Shown here: piece by piece, positions 21,405-33,390 of the stretch
How the letters are laid out: every line of letters begins with the position of its first letter
Position numbering within the stretch: the first letter of the stretch is position 1
Assembly (NCBI GenBank): GCA_035699745.1
Contig: DASSPH010000030.1
Span: forward strand, 578 to 64,577
DNA: 64,000 nt
Direction: 5' to 3'
Source: Vicinamibacterales bacterium
GTDB lineage: Bacteria > Acidobacteriota > Vicinamibacteria > Vicinamibacterales > 2-12-FULL-66-21
Program-made: the position numbers and the translations under genes
The notes under the pieces: generated by a model
Told to the model about the DNA's origin: nothing
Database searches by the model: none
Seen by the model: only the letters and a program-made list of their open reading frames with translations

Positions 21405-23675
21405 GTGGCGCAGGTTCCGGTTACCCCTCTACGCATCATCGAACGGTTCGGCCCGCACCTCTCGTCGATGACGGGCGATCGCCTGTCGACGAGCATCGAG
21501 CCCGAGCGCCTGGTGAAGACCCACTGCTGTTTCTGCGGACAGCAGTGCGGCATCCAGCTGAAGGTCCGCAACGAGCAGGTGATCGGGTTCGAGCCGTGGG
21601 AGGAATTCCCGTTCAACCGCGGGATGCTCTGCCCGAAAGGCGTGAAGCGCTACCTGCAAGGCTCCCATCCCGACCGCTTGACGACGGCGTTGCGCCGCGA
21701 CACGTCGGCGCCCGGCGGGTTCGCCGCGCTGCCGTACAGCGAGGCGATCGCCCGCACCGCCTCCGAGATCGCGCGGATCCAGCAGGCCTACGGGGCGGGG
21801 TCGGTCGCCGTGCTGGGCGGCGCCAGCCTGACCACGGAAAAGACGTACCTGCTCGGCAAGTTCGCGCGCGTCTGCCTCAAGACCCCGTTCATCGATTACA
21901 ACGGCCGGCTCTGCATGGTCAGCGCCGGCGCGGCGAACAAGAAGGCGTTCGGCATCGACCGGACGACGAACCCGTGGTCCGACATGGTCGGCACCGAGGT
22001 CATCTGGGTCGCCGGGTCGAACGTCGCGGAGTGTTCGCCGATCACCACCAACTACATCTGGCAGGCGCGCGAGCAGGGAGCGAAGATCATCGTCCAGGAC
22101 CCGCGCATCACCCCGGTGGCGCGCACCTGCGACCTGTACCTGCCGGTGAAGCCCGGCCGGGACGCGGCGCTCTTTGCCGGCGTGCTGCAGATCATGATCG
22201 AGCGCGACTGGCTCGATCACGGGTTCATCCGGGACTGCACGTCCGGCTTCGAGGCGGTCGCCGAATACTGCCGCGAGTGGACGCTGGCGCGCACCGCGGA
22301 GGTGACCGGCGTGCCGCAGCGGGCGCTGCTGCAGGCAGCCGAATGGTGGGGCACGGCCCGGACGAGCTTCCTCTTCCACGCCCGCGGCATCGAGCACCAC
22401 TCGAACGGAGTGCAGAACGCGCTGGGCACGATCAACCTCGTGCTCGCGTCCGGCCGCATCGGCAAACCCAAGAGCGGCTACGGCACCATCGTCGGACAGG
22501 CCAACGGACAGGGCGGGCGCGAGCACGGTCAGAAGTGCGACCAGCTTCCCGGATGGCGGGACATCACCAACCCGGCGCACCGCGAGTACATCGCCGGCGT
22601 GTGGGGGATCGACGAAAAGGAGATGCCCGGTCCGGGCGTCGACGCCTACGAGCTGTTCCGCAAGATCGATCGCGGCGAGATCAAGGCGCTGCTGTCGATC
22701 TGCTTCAATCCCAAGGTCTCGCTGCCGGACAACAGCTTCGTGACCCGCTGCCTCGAGAAGCTCGAGTTCTTTGCCGCGATCGACTTCTTCCTGAACGACA
22801 CCGCGTGGCACGCCGACATCGTGCTGCCGGGAAGCCTGCAGGAAGAAGACGAGGGGACCGTCACCCAGGTCGAGGGGCGCATCATCAAAATCAACCAGGC
22901 GGTCGCGTGCCCGGGGGAGGCGCGCCAGGACTGGCGCATCATCCAGGATCTCGCCGCCGCGCTGGGCCGGCCGAAGGGTTTCACGTTCGGCGAGCCGCGC
23001 GAGATCTTCGAAGAGCTGCGCCTCGCCAGCAAGGGGGGCGTCGCCGACTACTCGGGCGTCACCTACGAAAAGATCACGGAACGGCTCGGTGTGTTCTGGC
23101 CCTGCTACAGCGAAGACCCGCGCACCGGCGAGCCGATCGACCACGCCGGCACGCCCCGGCTGTTCGAGCGGGGGAGCTACAACCCGGTCGCCAGGGGGAA
23201 CGGACCGTTCTACTTTCCCGACGGCCGCGCGCGCTTCAACGTCGCGGAATACCGGACGCCCGTCGACGACGCAGACGACGAGTTTCCGATCTACCTGACG
23301 ACGGGTCGTGTGGTCAGCCAGTTCCTGTCGGGAACGCAGACGCGGCGCATCGGTCCGCTGGTGCGGCAGTACGCGGAGCCGCGCATCGAGATGCACCCGC
23401 GGCTCGCCGCCAAGGCGGGGATCGCCGACGGCGACTGGGTCACCGCGGAAACGCGGCGCGGCGCGATGACGCTGCGGGCGCAGGTGGTCACGACCATCCG
23501 CCCCGACACCATCTTCATTCCGTATCACTGGGCCGGGCCGAAGAGCGCGAATCAACTCACCGTGGCGGCGCAGGATCCGATCAGCAGGATTCCCCAGTAC
23601 AAGGTCTGCGGCTGCCGCGTGCGGAAGGCGTCAGCGCCGCCGGAGTACGCCGGCGTCCTCGAACCGCAGCAGTAG
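21405..23675 (+). CDS. Molybdopterin (bis-MGD) oxidoreductase, assimilatory/NarB-NasA-type nitrate reductase catalytic subunit, with no Tat signal.
   Basis: The N-terminal 4Fe-4S motif is [10 protein letters not shown]...MLCPKG. The Mo-ligand region [18 protein letters not shown] has Cys-Met as in Nap/Nas/NarB, not the Cys/Sec-His of formate dehydrogenases. [26 protein letters not shown] is typical of Nas/NarB. The start (GTG 21405 versus ATG 21468) is uncertain. Confidence 0.85.
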   Translation: MAQVPVTPLRIIERFGPHLSSMTGDRLSTSIEPERLVKTHCCFCGQQCGIQLKVRNEQVIGFEPWEEFPFNRGMLCPKGVKRYLQGSHPDRLTTALRRDTSAPGGFAALPYSEAIARTASEIARIQQAYGAGSVAVLGGASLTTEKTYLLGKFARVCLKTPFIDYNGRLCMVSAGAANKKAFGIDRTTNPWSDMVGTEVIWVAGSNVAECSPITTNYIWQAREQGAKIIVQDPRITPVARTCDLYLPVKPGRDAALFAGVLQIMIERDWLDHGFIRDCTSGFEAVAEYCREWTLARTAEVTGVPQRALLQAAEWWGTARTSFLFHARGIEHHSNGVQNALGTINLVLASGRIGKPKSGYGTIVGQANGQGGREHGQKCDQLPGWRDITNPAHREYIAGVWGIDEKEMPGPGVDAYELFRKIDRGEIKALLSICFNPKVSLPDNSFVTRCLEKLEFFAAIDFFLNDTAWHADIVLPGSLQEEDEGTVTQVEGRIIKINQAVACPGEARQDWRIIQDLAAALGRPKGFTFGEPREIFEELRLASKGGVADYSGVTYEKITERLGVFWPCYSEDPRTGEPIDHAGTPRLFERGSYNPVARGNGPFYFPDGRARFNVAEYRTPVDDADDEFPIYLTTGRVVSQFLSGTQTRRIGPLVRQYAEPRIEMHPRLAAKAGIADGDWVTAETRRGAMTLRAQVVTTIRPDTIFIPYHWAGPKSANQLTVAAQDPISRIPQYKVCGCRVRKASAPPEYAGVLEPQQ

Positions 23676-23687
23676 CCGGCATCCTTC

Positions 23688-24341
23688 ATGGCCAAACCGG
23701 ACTATCTCCACTTCTTCATCGATCCGAACCGCTGCATCGGGTGCCAGGCGTGCGTGCAGGCGTGCACCGAGTGCGATACCCACCGCGGCGAGTCGATGAT
23801 TCACCTCGAGTACGTCAGCCGGCCGGAGAGCGTGCAGACGGTGCCGGTGGTGTGCATGCATTGCGAGCAGCCCACGTGCGCGGAGGTCTGCCCGGCGGAC
23901 GCGATCAAGCGGACCGGCGACGGCGTGGTGCAGTCGGCCCGCAAGCCGCGCTGCATCGCCTGCGGCAACTGCGTCATGGCGTGTCCGTTCGGCGTGCCCG
24001 AGCTGTACGAGGATCGCAAGATCATGATGAAGTGCGACATGTGCTACGACCGGTCGAGCATCGGCAAGAAGCCGATGTGCGCCACGGTCTGCCCGAGCCA
24101 GGCGCTGTTCTTCGGCACGCGGGAGCAGATCGCGCAGCTCCGGCCGCTGTCGGCGCCGGTGAACACCTTCCAGTTCGGCGCCCAGACGATCACCACGCAG
24201 GTGCACGTCATGGTGCCGCGCGCGCTCGCCCAGCCCCGCGCCTACGTCGACGTGGCGGCGGCGATGGACGAGCAGCCGCGCAGCCGCGCCGTGTCGCTGA
24301 AGGTGCTCGGCAGCGACCCCTACGCCGAGGTCGAGGTATAG
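23688..24341 (+). CDS. 4Fe-4S dicluster (four-cluster, DmsB/FdnH/HybA-like) electron-transfer subunit.
   Basis: Four Cys groups are present: [37 protein letters not shown] and CDMC...CATVCP. Confidence 0.9.
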   Translation: MAKPDYLHFFIDPNRCIGCQACVQACTECDTHRGESMIHLEYVSRPESVQTVPVVCMHCEQPTCAEVCPADAIKRTGDGVVQSARKPRCIACGNCVMACPFGVPELYEDRKIMMKCDMCYDRSSIGKKPMCATVCPSQALFFGTREQIAQLRPLSAPVNTFQFGAQTITTQVHVMVPRALAQPRAYVDVAAAMDEQPRSRAVSLKVLGSDPYAEVEV

Positions 24342-24345
24342 CGTC

Positions 24346-24993
24346 ATGCCCTATCCGAGTTCCGACCCGCGCGCGCCGATCGATCCCGCCATCAGTTCGC
24401 CGGGGCGTGAGGGGCTGACCGGGACCGCGCCGGCGAACCTCTACGGCCCGGCGTCGCCGAGCGAGCAGATCACGGTCGCCCCCGATTTCGCGCCCGCCGA
24501 GGCGCAGCCGGCCTGGCGCCAGGACTTTCCGATCGACTGGCCGCAGGACCTCTACGTCGAGCGCCGGGAGTTCATGAAGTTCATGGTGCTCACCAGCGGC
24601 GCCCTCGCGATCGGACAGCTGTGGATCGCGCTCCAGAACTGGTACCGCGATTACCGCGGACTGGCGCCGGTTCAGCGCATCGCCTCGGTCGACGAGATCG
24701 CGGTGGGCGCCGCCCTGAGCTTCCGGTATCCCGACGAGCACGAGCCCTGCCTGCTGCTGCGCCTGTCGGAGAGCGAGTTCGTCGCCTTCAACCAGAAGTG
24801 CACGCACCTGTCGTGCGCGGTGATTCCGCGGCCCGCCGAAGGCAGCTGGTATTGCCCCTGCCACGAGGGACGATTCGATCTCCGGACGGGGGCGCCCACG
24901 GCGGGACCGCCGAGACGGCCGTTGACCCGCATCCTGCTCGATCGGAAAGGGCGGGACATCTACGCGGTCGGCGAGGAGGCGCGGACGCTATGA
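24346..24993 (+). CDS. Membrane-anchored Rieske [2Fe-2S] protein.
   Basis: The Rieske motifs are CTHLSC...(17 aa)...CPCHEGRF. A TM helix follows an RREF motif (ERREFMKFMVLTSGALAIGQLWIAL), with a ~70-aa N-terminal extension before it. The gene starts 5 nt after the FeS subunit stop. Confidence 0.85.
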   Translation: MPYPSSDPRAPIDPAISSPGREGLTGTAPANLYGPASPSEQITVAPDFAPAEAQPAWRQDFPIDWPQDLYVERREFMKFMVLTSGALAIGQLWIALQNWYRDYRGLAPVQRIASVDEIAVGAALSFRYPDEHEPCLLLRLSESEFVAFNQKCTHLSCAVIPRPAEGSWYCPCHEGRFDLRTGAPTAGPPRRPLTRILLDRKGRDIYAVGEEARTL

Positions 24994-25235
24994 AGCCCGT
25001 CGCCAGGCGGCCGTTCACCCGCGACCAGCGGACCACGATCATCAGCGGCATGCTCGTGTTCGTCATCATGCTGGTCGTGCTGCAGCTCTGGCTGCTGACC
25101 GCGACGATGAACGCCTGGCTGGGCGGGGATGCATCGCTGGTCTGGCCCGGCGCCCTGGCGAGCGCCGCGGCGCTGGGGCTGAACGTCGGGCTCTACGGCT
25201 ACCTGCGCCGCATGGAGCGCGCGCGCCGCGGCTAG
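24990..25235 (+). CDS. Small two-TM membrane protein (81 aa).
   Basis: ATGA overlap with the Rieske stop. Sequence: MKPVARRPFTRDQRTTIISGMLVFVIMLVVLQLWLLTATMNAWLGGDASLVWPGALASAAALGLNVGLYGYL. Confidence 0.6.
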   Translation: MKPVARRPFTRDQRTTIISGMLVFVIMLVVLQLWLLTATMNAWLGGDASLVWPGALASAAALGLNVGLYGYLRRMERARRG

Positions 25236-25246
25236 CCGGACAAACA

Positions 25247-25276
25247 TTTGATCGATTCCAAACTTTGATCTAGCCT
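25247..25276 (+). promoter_or_regulatory. Candidate furA-katG promoter/operator.
   Basis: This is the only AT-rich patch nearby. TTTGATC appears at 25247-25253 and again at 25264-25270. TTGATC (25248-25253), a 17-nt spacer and TAGCCT (25271-25276) fit a sigma-70-like -35/-10, placing the transcription start a few nt before the ATG at 25288. Confidence 0.3.
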
Positions 25277-25287
25277 AGCTGCGGCAG

Positions 25288-25794
25288 ATGACGGACGACT
25301 CCGCGGCGCTGCTGCGCGAACACGGCGTGCAGGTGACCGCCCAGCGCCTGGCGGTGCTGCGGGCGGTCGCGGGGCAGCCGCACATCACCGCGGACGCCGT
25401 GGCCGGCGCCGTGCGACGCGAGATCGGCGCGATCTCGCTGCAGTCGGTCTACGACGCGCTGGGGCTGCTCGTCGCCAAGGGGCTCCTCCGGCGCATTCAG
25501 CCGCCCGGATCGCCCGCGCGCTTCGAGGATCGCGTCGGCGACAATCACCATCACCTCATCTGCCGCACCTGCGGCCGCGTCGTCGACGTCGACTGCGCGG
25601 TGGGATCCGCACCCTGTCTCAGCCCGAGCGGCGACAACGGCTACGAGATCGACGAAGCCGAAGTCGCGTACTGGGGCCGATGCCCGGACTGTCTGGAGCG
25701 GGCGCGCCCGAAGCCGCCGCGGCGCGGCGGGCGAGCGACGCCGCGCGTCCGGCGTTCGATCGACCAACACACCCGCCGGCGTCATCGCCGGTGA
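25288..25794 (+). CDS. furA: Fur-family transcriptional regulator (FurA/PerR-like, upstream of katG).
   Basis: Winged-helix N-terminus ([12 protein letters not shown]...ADAV). Metal-site residues are [16 protein letters not shown] and a C-terminal CPDC. The furA-katG arrangement is as in actinobacteria. Confidence 0.85.
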   Translation: MTDDSAALLREHGVQVTAQRLAVLRAVAGQPHITADAVAGAVRREIGAISLQSVYDALGLLVAKGLLRRIQPPGSPARFEDRVGDNHHHLICRTCGRVVDVDCAVGSAPCLSPSGDNGYEIDEAEVAYWGRCPDCLERARPKPPRRGGRATPRVRRSIDQHTRRRHRR

Positions 25795-28340
<2,546 letters not shown>

Positions 28341-28411
28341 TGCTACTGTACCCGAGCCGTCACGTCAAGCAGGGTGAAAACGAAACCGGCGTCCGTCTAA
28401 TCTGTGTGCCC

Positions 28412-30376
28412 ATGACGAGAACCCTCTCCACGCTTGCCATCCTTCTCACCATCAGCGTGTCCGCGTATGCCCGCGGTCCGCAGAGCCCGCGCGCGTCGAG
28501 CGAGGACGTCAACAGCGTCGCCCTGCTCCGCGACGTGTGCGGCAAGAACAGCGCCGAGCCGGTGTGCGCGGCGCTCGACGATCTGTCGGCCGACGAGGCA
28601 TGGCTCATCCTGAACTACGTCTGCGATCGCGCGACGTGGGGCACGACGGACCCGTGTGTCAGGTTCAAGCAGAGCCGCGGCGGCGCATTGATACTGAATC
28701 TGAAGTCGAACGCGTGGACTGCGGAGTGGGAGCAGGCCTCTCACCCGTTGACGTTCGACGTGACCGGCGCGCCGACGCTGCGGCTGCGCCCCGGCGACGC
28801 CAGGCCGCTCAAGATTCTGGTCGAAGAGATTTCGCCGATCGTCTATTCGGCCGCGCCGGGCGTACCGAAAGAGGACGACCTCTCGGTGATCGCCGGTCTC
28901 AAGAGCTTTCTCGCGCTTGCCGGCACCGGCATTCAGGGGCTGGTGCAGACACTCACGTTCTCGGCGGCGGAGGGGTTGGCGCCCTCCCCGCCCAAGCCGG
29001 CCACGCCGCCCACCGAGGGCATTGCGCCGCTCGGGAAGAAGGTTCCGCCGCCGCCGCCGCAGGCGCCGCGCGAGTGCACCGTCGCGCCGCCGGACGTGCG
29101 CGAAGCCGCCGAACAGGTGACGCGGCGTCTCGAGCAGCTCGTCGAGGTCGGGTCCGCCATGCGGACGCTCGAGAAGGCGCTCGACGCGCTCGCCGGCGCC
29201 CGGACGGCGTTCATTCACGCCGCCCAGCAGGCCGAGGACGGCAAACGCGTCACGGCGGCCCAGCTCGTCGCCCCGAACCTCTCCGACCTCACGCGCGCGT
29301 ACGACAGCTTCGACGCCGCCACGCGCGCGCTGACGGAGAGCACCGACCGGCTGGCCGCGTGCCAGCCGCTGTTGAACGCCTACGCAACCATGCTGGGTGC
29401 GCCGGCCGACGGCAGGATCGTGCGCGACCTGGCGGGGCGCGTCGCCGGCGTCGGCGGGTGCACGGACGCCGGTGTGTCCGGACTGCGCACCGCCTTGCGC
29501 GCCAGCGCCGCCCTGCTGGCCGATCCGGTGATCGCGGATCCGGGCGTCTGCACGGCGGCCCGGCTGAAGCCGATCCTCGAAACGCATCGCGATGCCATGA
29601 AGCCGCTCGTCGAGCGCCTGTTCAATGCGCGCCAGGTCGAGGAGAAGGTGTGGGCGGCGATCGACAAGGCCGCCGGAGCGCGCCGCGAGGTGCTGGCCGG
29701 CGCCGACGTTCTGACGCGGCAGGTCCAGCGCGCGCGGCGGCACACCTGGGACAACACGCTGATTCGATCGCTCGTGGTGACGCGCCCGAATCCCGCGCTC
29801 GCCTGGAACAAGGTGCAGTCTCACGAGATCGTGCTCACCGCCGACTCGCCGTATGTGAAGGAGATCTCCCTGGCCCGGGCCGCAGTGGAGAAGCGGGCCT
29901 ACAAGCTCGAGTCCGCCGTGGGTCAGATCCTCGGCTATGGCATCGGCCTCATCTACACGCCGCTGCACGAGTCCACGTATACCGCGGTCGCCCGGCCGGG
30001 CACCTCGACGAAAGTGATCGCCGAGACCAAACGTGAAACGCGCGCCGGTGACCTCGCCGCCTTCGTGACCTATCGGTTCATGGAGCATCGGCCCGCCAGG
30101 CGCACCGTGCAGCCCACGGCGGACTTCGGCGTCGGCATCACCAGCGATCGCCCCGCGTTCTTCCTCGGTCTCGGCCTCGAGGTCTTCCGGGCCGCCCGCC
30201 TCGGGTTCGGCTGGTCGCCGCAGCGGGTCACGCGGCTCGCCGACGGGCAGACGCCGAACGTCACCGAGGTCTCGTCGACCGACGACATCAGGACCGTGAA
30301 GCGGTTCGCGACGCGCAATTACTACGTGAGCGTCACCTTCGCGCTCGACTCGCTGTCGCTCTTCAACAGCAAGTAA
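28412..30376 (+). CDS. Large secreted orphan protein (654 aa).
   Basis: Signal peptide MTRTLSTLAILLTISVSAYA. It has a Cys-containing N-domain, a Pro-rich linker (SPPKPATPP...KKVPPPPPQAP), a long Ala/Arg-rich helical middle and a C-terminal region of alternating beta-strand-like segments (ADFGVGITS..FFLGLGLEVF..YYVSVTFALD). I recognise no family. Confidence 0.7.
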   Translation: MTRTLSTLAILLTISVSAYARGPQSPRASSEDVNSVALLRDVCGKNSAEPVCAALDDLSADEAWLILNYVCDRATWGTTDPCVRFKQSRGGALILNLKSNAWTAEWEQASHPLTFDVTGAPTLRLRPGDARPLKILVEEISPIVYSAAPGVPKEDDLSVIAGLKSFLALAGTGIQGLVQTLTFSAAEGLAPSPPKPATPPTEGIAPLGKKVPPPPPQAPRECTVAPPDVREAAEQVTRRLEQLVEVGSAMRTLEKALDALAGARTAFIHAAQQAEDGKRVTAAQLVAPNLSDLTRAYDSFDAATRALTESTDRLAACQPLLNAYATMLGAPADGRIVRDLAGRVAGVGGCTDAGVSGLRTALRASAALLADPVIADPGVCTAARLKPILETHRDAMKPLVERLFNARQVEEKVWAAIDKAAGARREVLAGADVLTRQVQRARRHTWDNTLIRSLVVTRPNPALAWNKVQSHEIVLTADSPYVKEISLARAAVEKRAYKLESAVGQILGYGIGLIYTPLHESTYTAVARPGTSTKVIAETKRETRAGDLAAFVTYRFMEHRPARRTVQPTADFGVGITSDRPAFFLGLGLEVFRAARLGFGWSPQRVTRLADGQTPNVTEVSSTDDIRTVKRFATRNYYVSVTFALDSLSLFNSK

Positions 30377-30415
30377 GCGGCCGGCGCCGGAATGCGCTAA
30401 CATCCGCCCGACCAG

Positions 30416-32818
30416 GTGGGCACGCTCATTCAGGACCTTCGCTACGGCGTCCGGCAGCTGGTTCGGCAGCGCGGGTCGTCCCTCGTCGCGATCCTCACGC
30501 TGGCGCTGGGGATCGGCGTCTCGACCGCCATCGTCTCGCTGATCGACGCCACGATGCTGCGCCCGCTGCCGTATCCGGATCCGGAGCAGCTCGTCACCGT
30601 CGCGGTCGAAGAGCAGCGGGGCGGCGGACGCTGGGCGCAACCTACGCCGTCGATGGCGGACATGCGCGCGTGGCAGCAGGCGACCGACGTGCTGTCGCAC
30701 GTCGCCGGCGCAGGCAGCTCGTTCTACGGCCGCATCGCGGACGGCCCCGAGCCCGAGCGCCTGCGCGTGGCGCACTTCACCGAAGAGTACCTGCCGATGC
30801 ACGGCGTGACGCCGCTGATCGGCCGCAATTTCAGCCGTGCCGATTCCGAGTACGGCGCGACGCCGGTCGCGCTGCTCGGGTACGGGTACTGGCAGCGGCG
30901 GTTCGGCGGCCGCGCCGACGTCGTCGGACAGACGATCCGTCTCGACGACAGCGTCGTCACCATCGTCGGCGTGCTGCCGCAGCGGTTCAACGCGGCCACG
31001 CCGGTGTCCACGCCGCTGCAGATCGATCCGACGATGTTCGCGCGGCGGGGAACCGGCCGCGTCTCCGTGTACGCGCGGCTGCGTCCCGGCGTCACCCTGG
31101 AGCGGGCGAGAGCCGTCCTCTCCTCGCGCACGCTCCCCGGCGCCCCGGGCAGGGACGGCGCCGCGCCGGCCGCGCGCGCCAGCGTGAGCTCGCGGCTGGA
31201 CGACGCGATCGCGCAATATCGCACCACCGTCAACGTGCTGGCGGGCGCTGTCGGGCTGATCCTGCTCATCGCCTGCGTCAATGTCGCGGGGCTGCTGCTC
31301 GCGCGCGGTGCCGCACGGCGTTCCGAGCTCGCCCTCCGCATGTCGCTGGGCGCCGGGCGGGGGCGGCTGATGCGCCAGCTCCTGACCGAAGCCGTCGTGC
31401 TGGCGATCCCCGCCGGCGCGCTCGGCGTGCTGCTCGCCTGGGTTTCGCTCGACGCGCTCGTGGCCAACATCCCGCTGACGCTGCCGGCGAACTCTCCCGT
31501 CAGGCTGAATCTCGAGGTTCTCGCGCTGACCGCCGCGCTCCTCGTGCCGACGACGCTGGTGTTCGGACTGGCGCCGGCGCTGACGCTGTCACGGCTGCGA
31601 GGCGGCGCGACGCTGGGCCGGGGCACCCGCCAGGTCGGCGCGTCGTTGTCCAATCGCGGAGGACAGTTGCTGATCGGCGCCGAGGTGGCGCTGGCAGTGG
31701 TCCTGGTCGCGGGCGCCGGACTCATGATTCGCAGCTTCACGCGCATCCTCGCCGTCGATCTCGGCTTCAAGGTAGACGGCCTGGTCACGATGGACGTGCT
31801 GCCGCTCGAGCGAACGCCGGCCGCCCATACGGAGTACTACCTGCAGCTGCTGCCGCGGCTGCGCACCTTGCCCGGTGTCGAATCCGTGGGACTCGTCGAC
31901 AACTTCCCGCTCGGTGGAAGGACGTCGTTCAGCGACCTGACGGTGGAAGGACAGTCCCGGTTCCTGTCCATGTTCGAGATGCTGCCGGGATATCTCGACA
32001 CGCTGGGCGCGACGCTGCGGCACGGGCGGCTCCTCACCGACGCCGATTACGCCTCGCGGTTCCGCGGCGTCGTCCTCAACGAGTCCGCGGCGCGCGCCCT
32101 CTTTCCCGATGGGGGAGCGGTCGGCCGAACCGTGCTCAGGCTCGGGTCGGCCGAACCGTGGACGGTGATTGGTGTCGTCGCCGACCTGCGGCATGGGGGT
32201 CCGCTGGCGCGCCGCGAGCGGGAACAGGAACGGCTGCAGGCGTTCTTTCCGTACGTGCCGACGGAATCGGATCTCACGGCCGCCACCACCATCGTCGTGC
32301 GGACCTCGAGCAGCGTTCCTGCGCTGGCGGATCAACTGCGCCGCACCGCGGCGGCCATCGGGCCGCGCGTGCTGGTGGAACGGATCCGCGCCGCCGACGA
32401 TCTGCTCGCCGACCGCGTGATCACGCCGCGGCGGCGAATGGTGCTCCTCGGGCTGCTCGGCGCGCTCGGACTGACCCTGGCGCTGGTGGGCGTGTTCGGG
32501 ATGACCGGGTACGCGGTGACGCGGCGCACCGCCGAGATCGGCGTCCGCATGGCATTCGGGGCGCGGCCGGAACAGGTCGTCGCGACGATTCTGCGCGATG
32601 CCGCGCTGCCGATCGCCGGCGGCATCGCCGCCGGCCTCGCCGCGACGCTGCTGGCCACGCGCACGATCGAGAGCTTCCTGTTCCAGACGACGCGCAACGA
32701 CCCGGCGACGCTGGCGCTGGTCGCGGTGGCGCTCGGCGCCGCCGGCTGCCTCGCCGCGCTGGTTCCGGCGATGCGGGCGGCGCACGTGGATCCGGCGATC
32801 GCGCTGCGGACCGAATAG
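30416..32818 (+). CDS. ADOP-family duplicated FtsX/MacB-type ABC permease (orphan, no adjacent ATPase).
   Basis: GTG start. The N-terminus MGTLIQDLRYGVRQLVRQRGSSLVAILTLALGIGVSTAI is the stereotyped acidobacterial duplicated orphan permease start. There are two FtsX-like 4-TM halves. Confidence 0.9.
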   Translation: MGTLIQDLRYGVRQLVRQRGSSLVAILTLALGIGVSTAIVSLIDATMLRPLPYPDPEQLVTVAVEEQRGGGRWAQPTPSMADMRAWQQATDVLSHVAGAGSSFYGRIADGPEPERLRVAHFTEEYLPMHGVTPLIGRNFSRADSEYGATPVALLGYGYWQRRFGGRADVVGQTIRLDDSVVTIVGVLPQRFNAATPVSTPLQIDPTMFARRGTGRVSVYARLRPGVTLERARAVLSSRTLPGAPGRDGAAPAARASVSSRLDDAIAQYRTTVNVLAGAVGLILLIACVNVAGLLLARGAARRSELALRMSLGAGRGRLMRQLLTEAVVLAIPAGALGVLLAWVSLDALVANIPLTLPANSPVRLNLEVLALTAALLVPTTLVFGLAPALTLSRLRGGATLGRGTRQVGASLSNRGGQLLIGAEVALAVVLVAGAGLMIRSFTRILAVDLGFKVDGLVTMDVLPLERTPAAHTEYYLQLLPRLRTLPGVESVGLVDNFPLGGRTSFSDLTVEGQSRFLSMFEMLPGYLDTLGATLRHGRLLTDADYASRFRGVVLNESAARALFPDGGAVGRTVLRLGSAEPWTVIGVVADLRHGGPLARREREQERLQAFFPYVPTESDLTAATTIVVRTSSSVPALADQLRRTAAAIGPRVLVERIRAADDLLADRVITPRRRMVLLGLLGALGLTLALVGVFGMTGYAVTRRTAEIGVRMAFGARPEQVVATILRDAALPIAGGIAAGLAATLLATRTIESFLFQTTRNDPATLALVAVALGAAGCLAALVPAMRAAHVDPAIALRTE

Positions 32819-32827
32819 GCCCGTCGC

Positions 32828-33316
32828 CTAGCCGATCGGATAGTCCACGTCCTCGGACTGGTTCGGTTTGCCCATCGTGCGGCACATCGCCAGCACCTGT
32901 CCCTGGTGGTTGAAGATGTGGGTCACGATGCGGAGGATGACATCCGCCGGTCGAAGAACCCGTGTCCGCCCGGGATCGCTGATCATCTCGCGCGCCGAGT
33001 TCAGTTCCGCCTCGTCCGCTGCCTGCAGATACGCCCGCGTGGCGGCGGCGGTCTGCGCCCGGAACGCTTCCATCGCCCCGAGATCCGGCAGCGGCGGCAG
33101 CGTGGCCTCCTCGGTGTAGCCCCTCGTAACCACCGTCTGCCAGTACACCTCGGCGCCGATCGTGTGCTCCAATTGCTCGAGCACGGTCGGCATGCCGAAC
33201 CCTGGAACCGTCCGGTGCAGTTCCCCTTCGGTGAGGCAGCCGCAGAATCCGATGAGGCGGCGGAAGCTTTCCTGCGCGCGCGCATGAATGTCGAGGAGTG
33301 CCGCGGCGGTGTACAT
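32828..33316 (-). CDS. DinB-family (four-helix bundle) protein.
   Basis: 162 aa. His-containing helices are typical of the DinB/DUF664 superfamily (LLDIHARAQESF..., LEHTIGAEVYW, IVTHIFNHQGQ). Confidence 0.7.
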   Translation of the reverse strand: MYTAAALLDIHARAQESFRRLIGFCGCLTEGELHRTVPGFGMPTVLEQLEHTIGAEVYWQTVVTRGYTEEATLPPLPDLGAMEAFRAQTAAATRAYLQAADEAELNSAREMISDPGRTRVLRPADVILRIVTHIFNHQGQVLAMCRTMGKPNQSEDVDYPIG

Positions 33317-33390
33317 GCGCCGATCTTACGCGACGGGAAATACCCGTGGCGCGCTTGCCGCCGGTCGTGACCGGCTGATACCGTACACGC

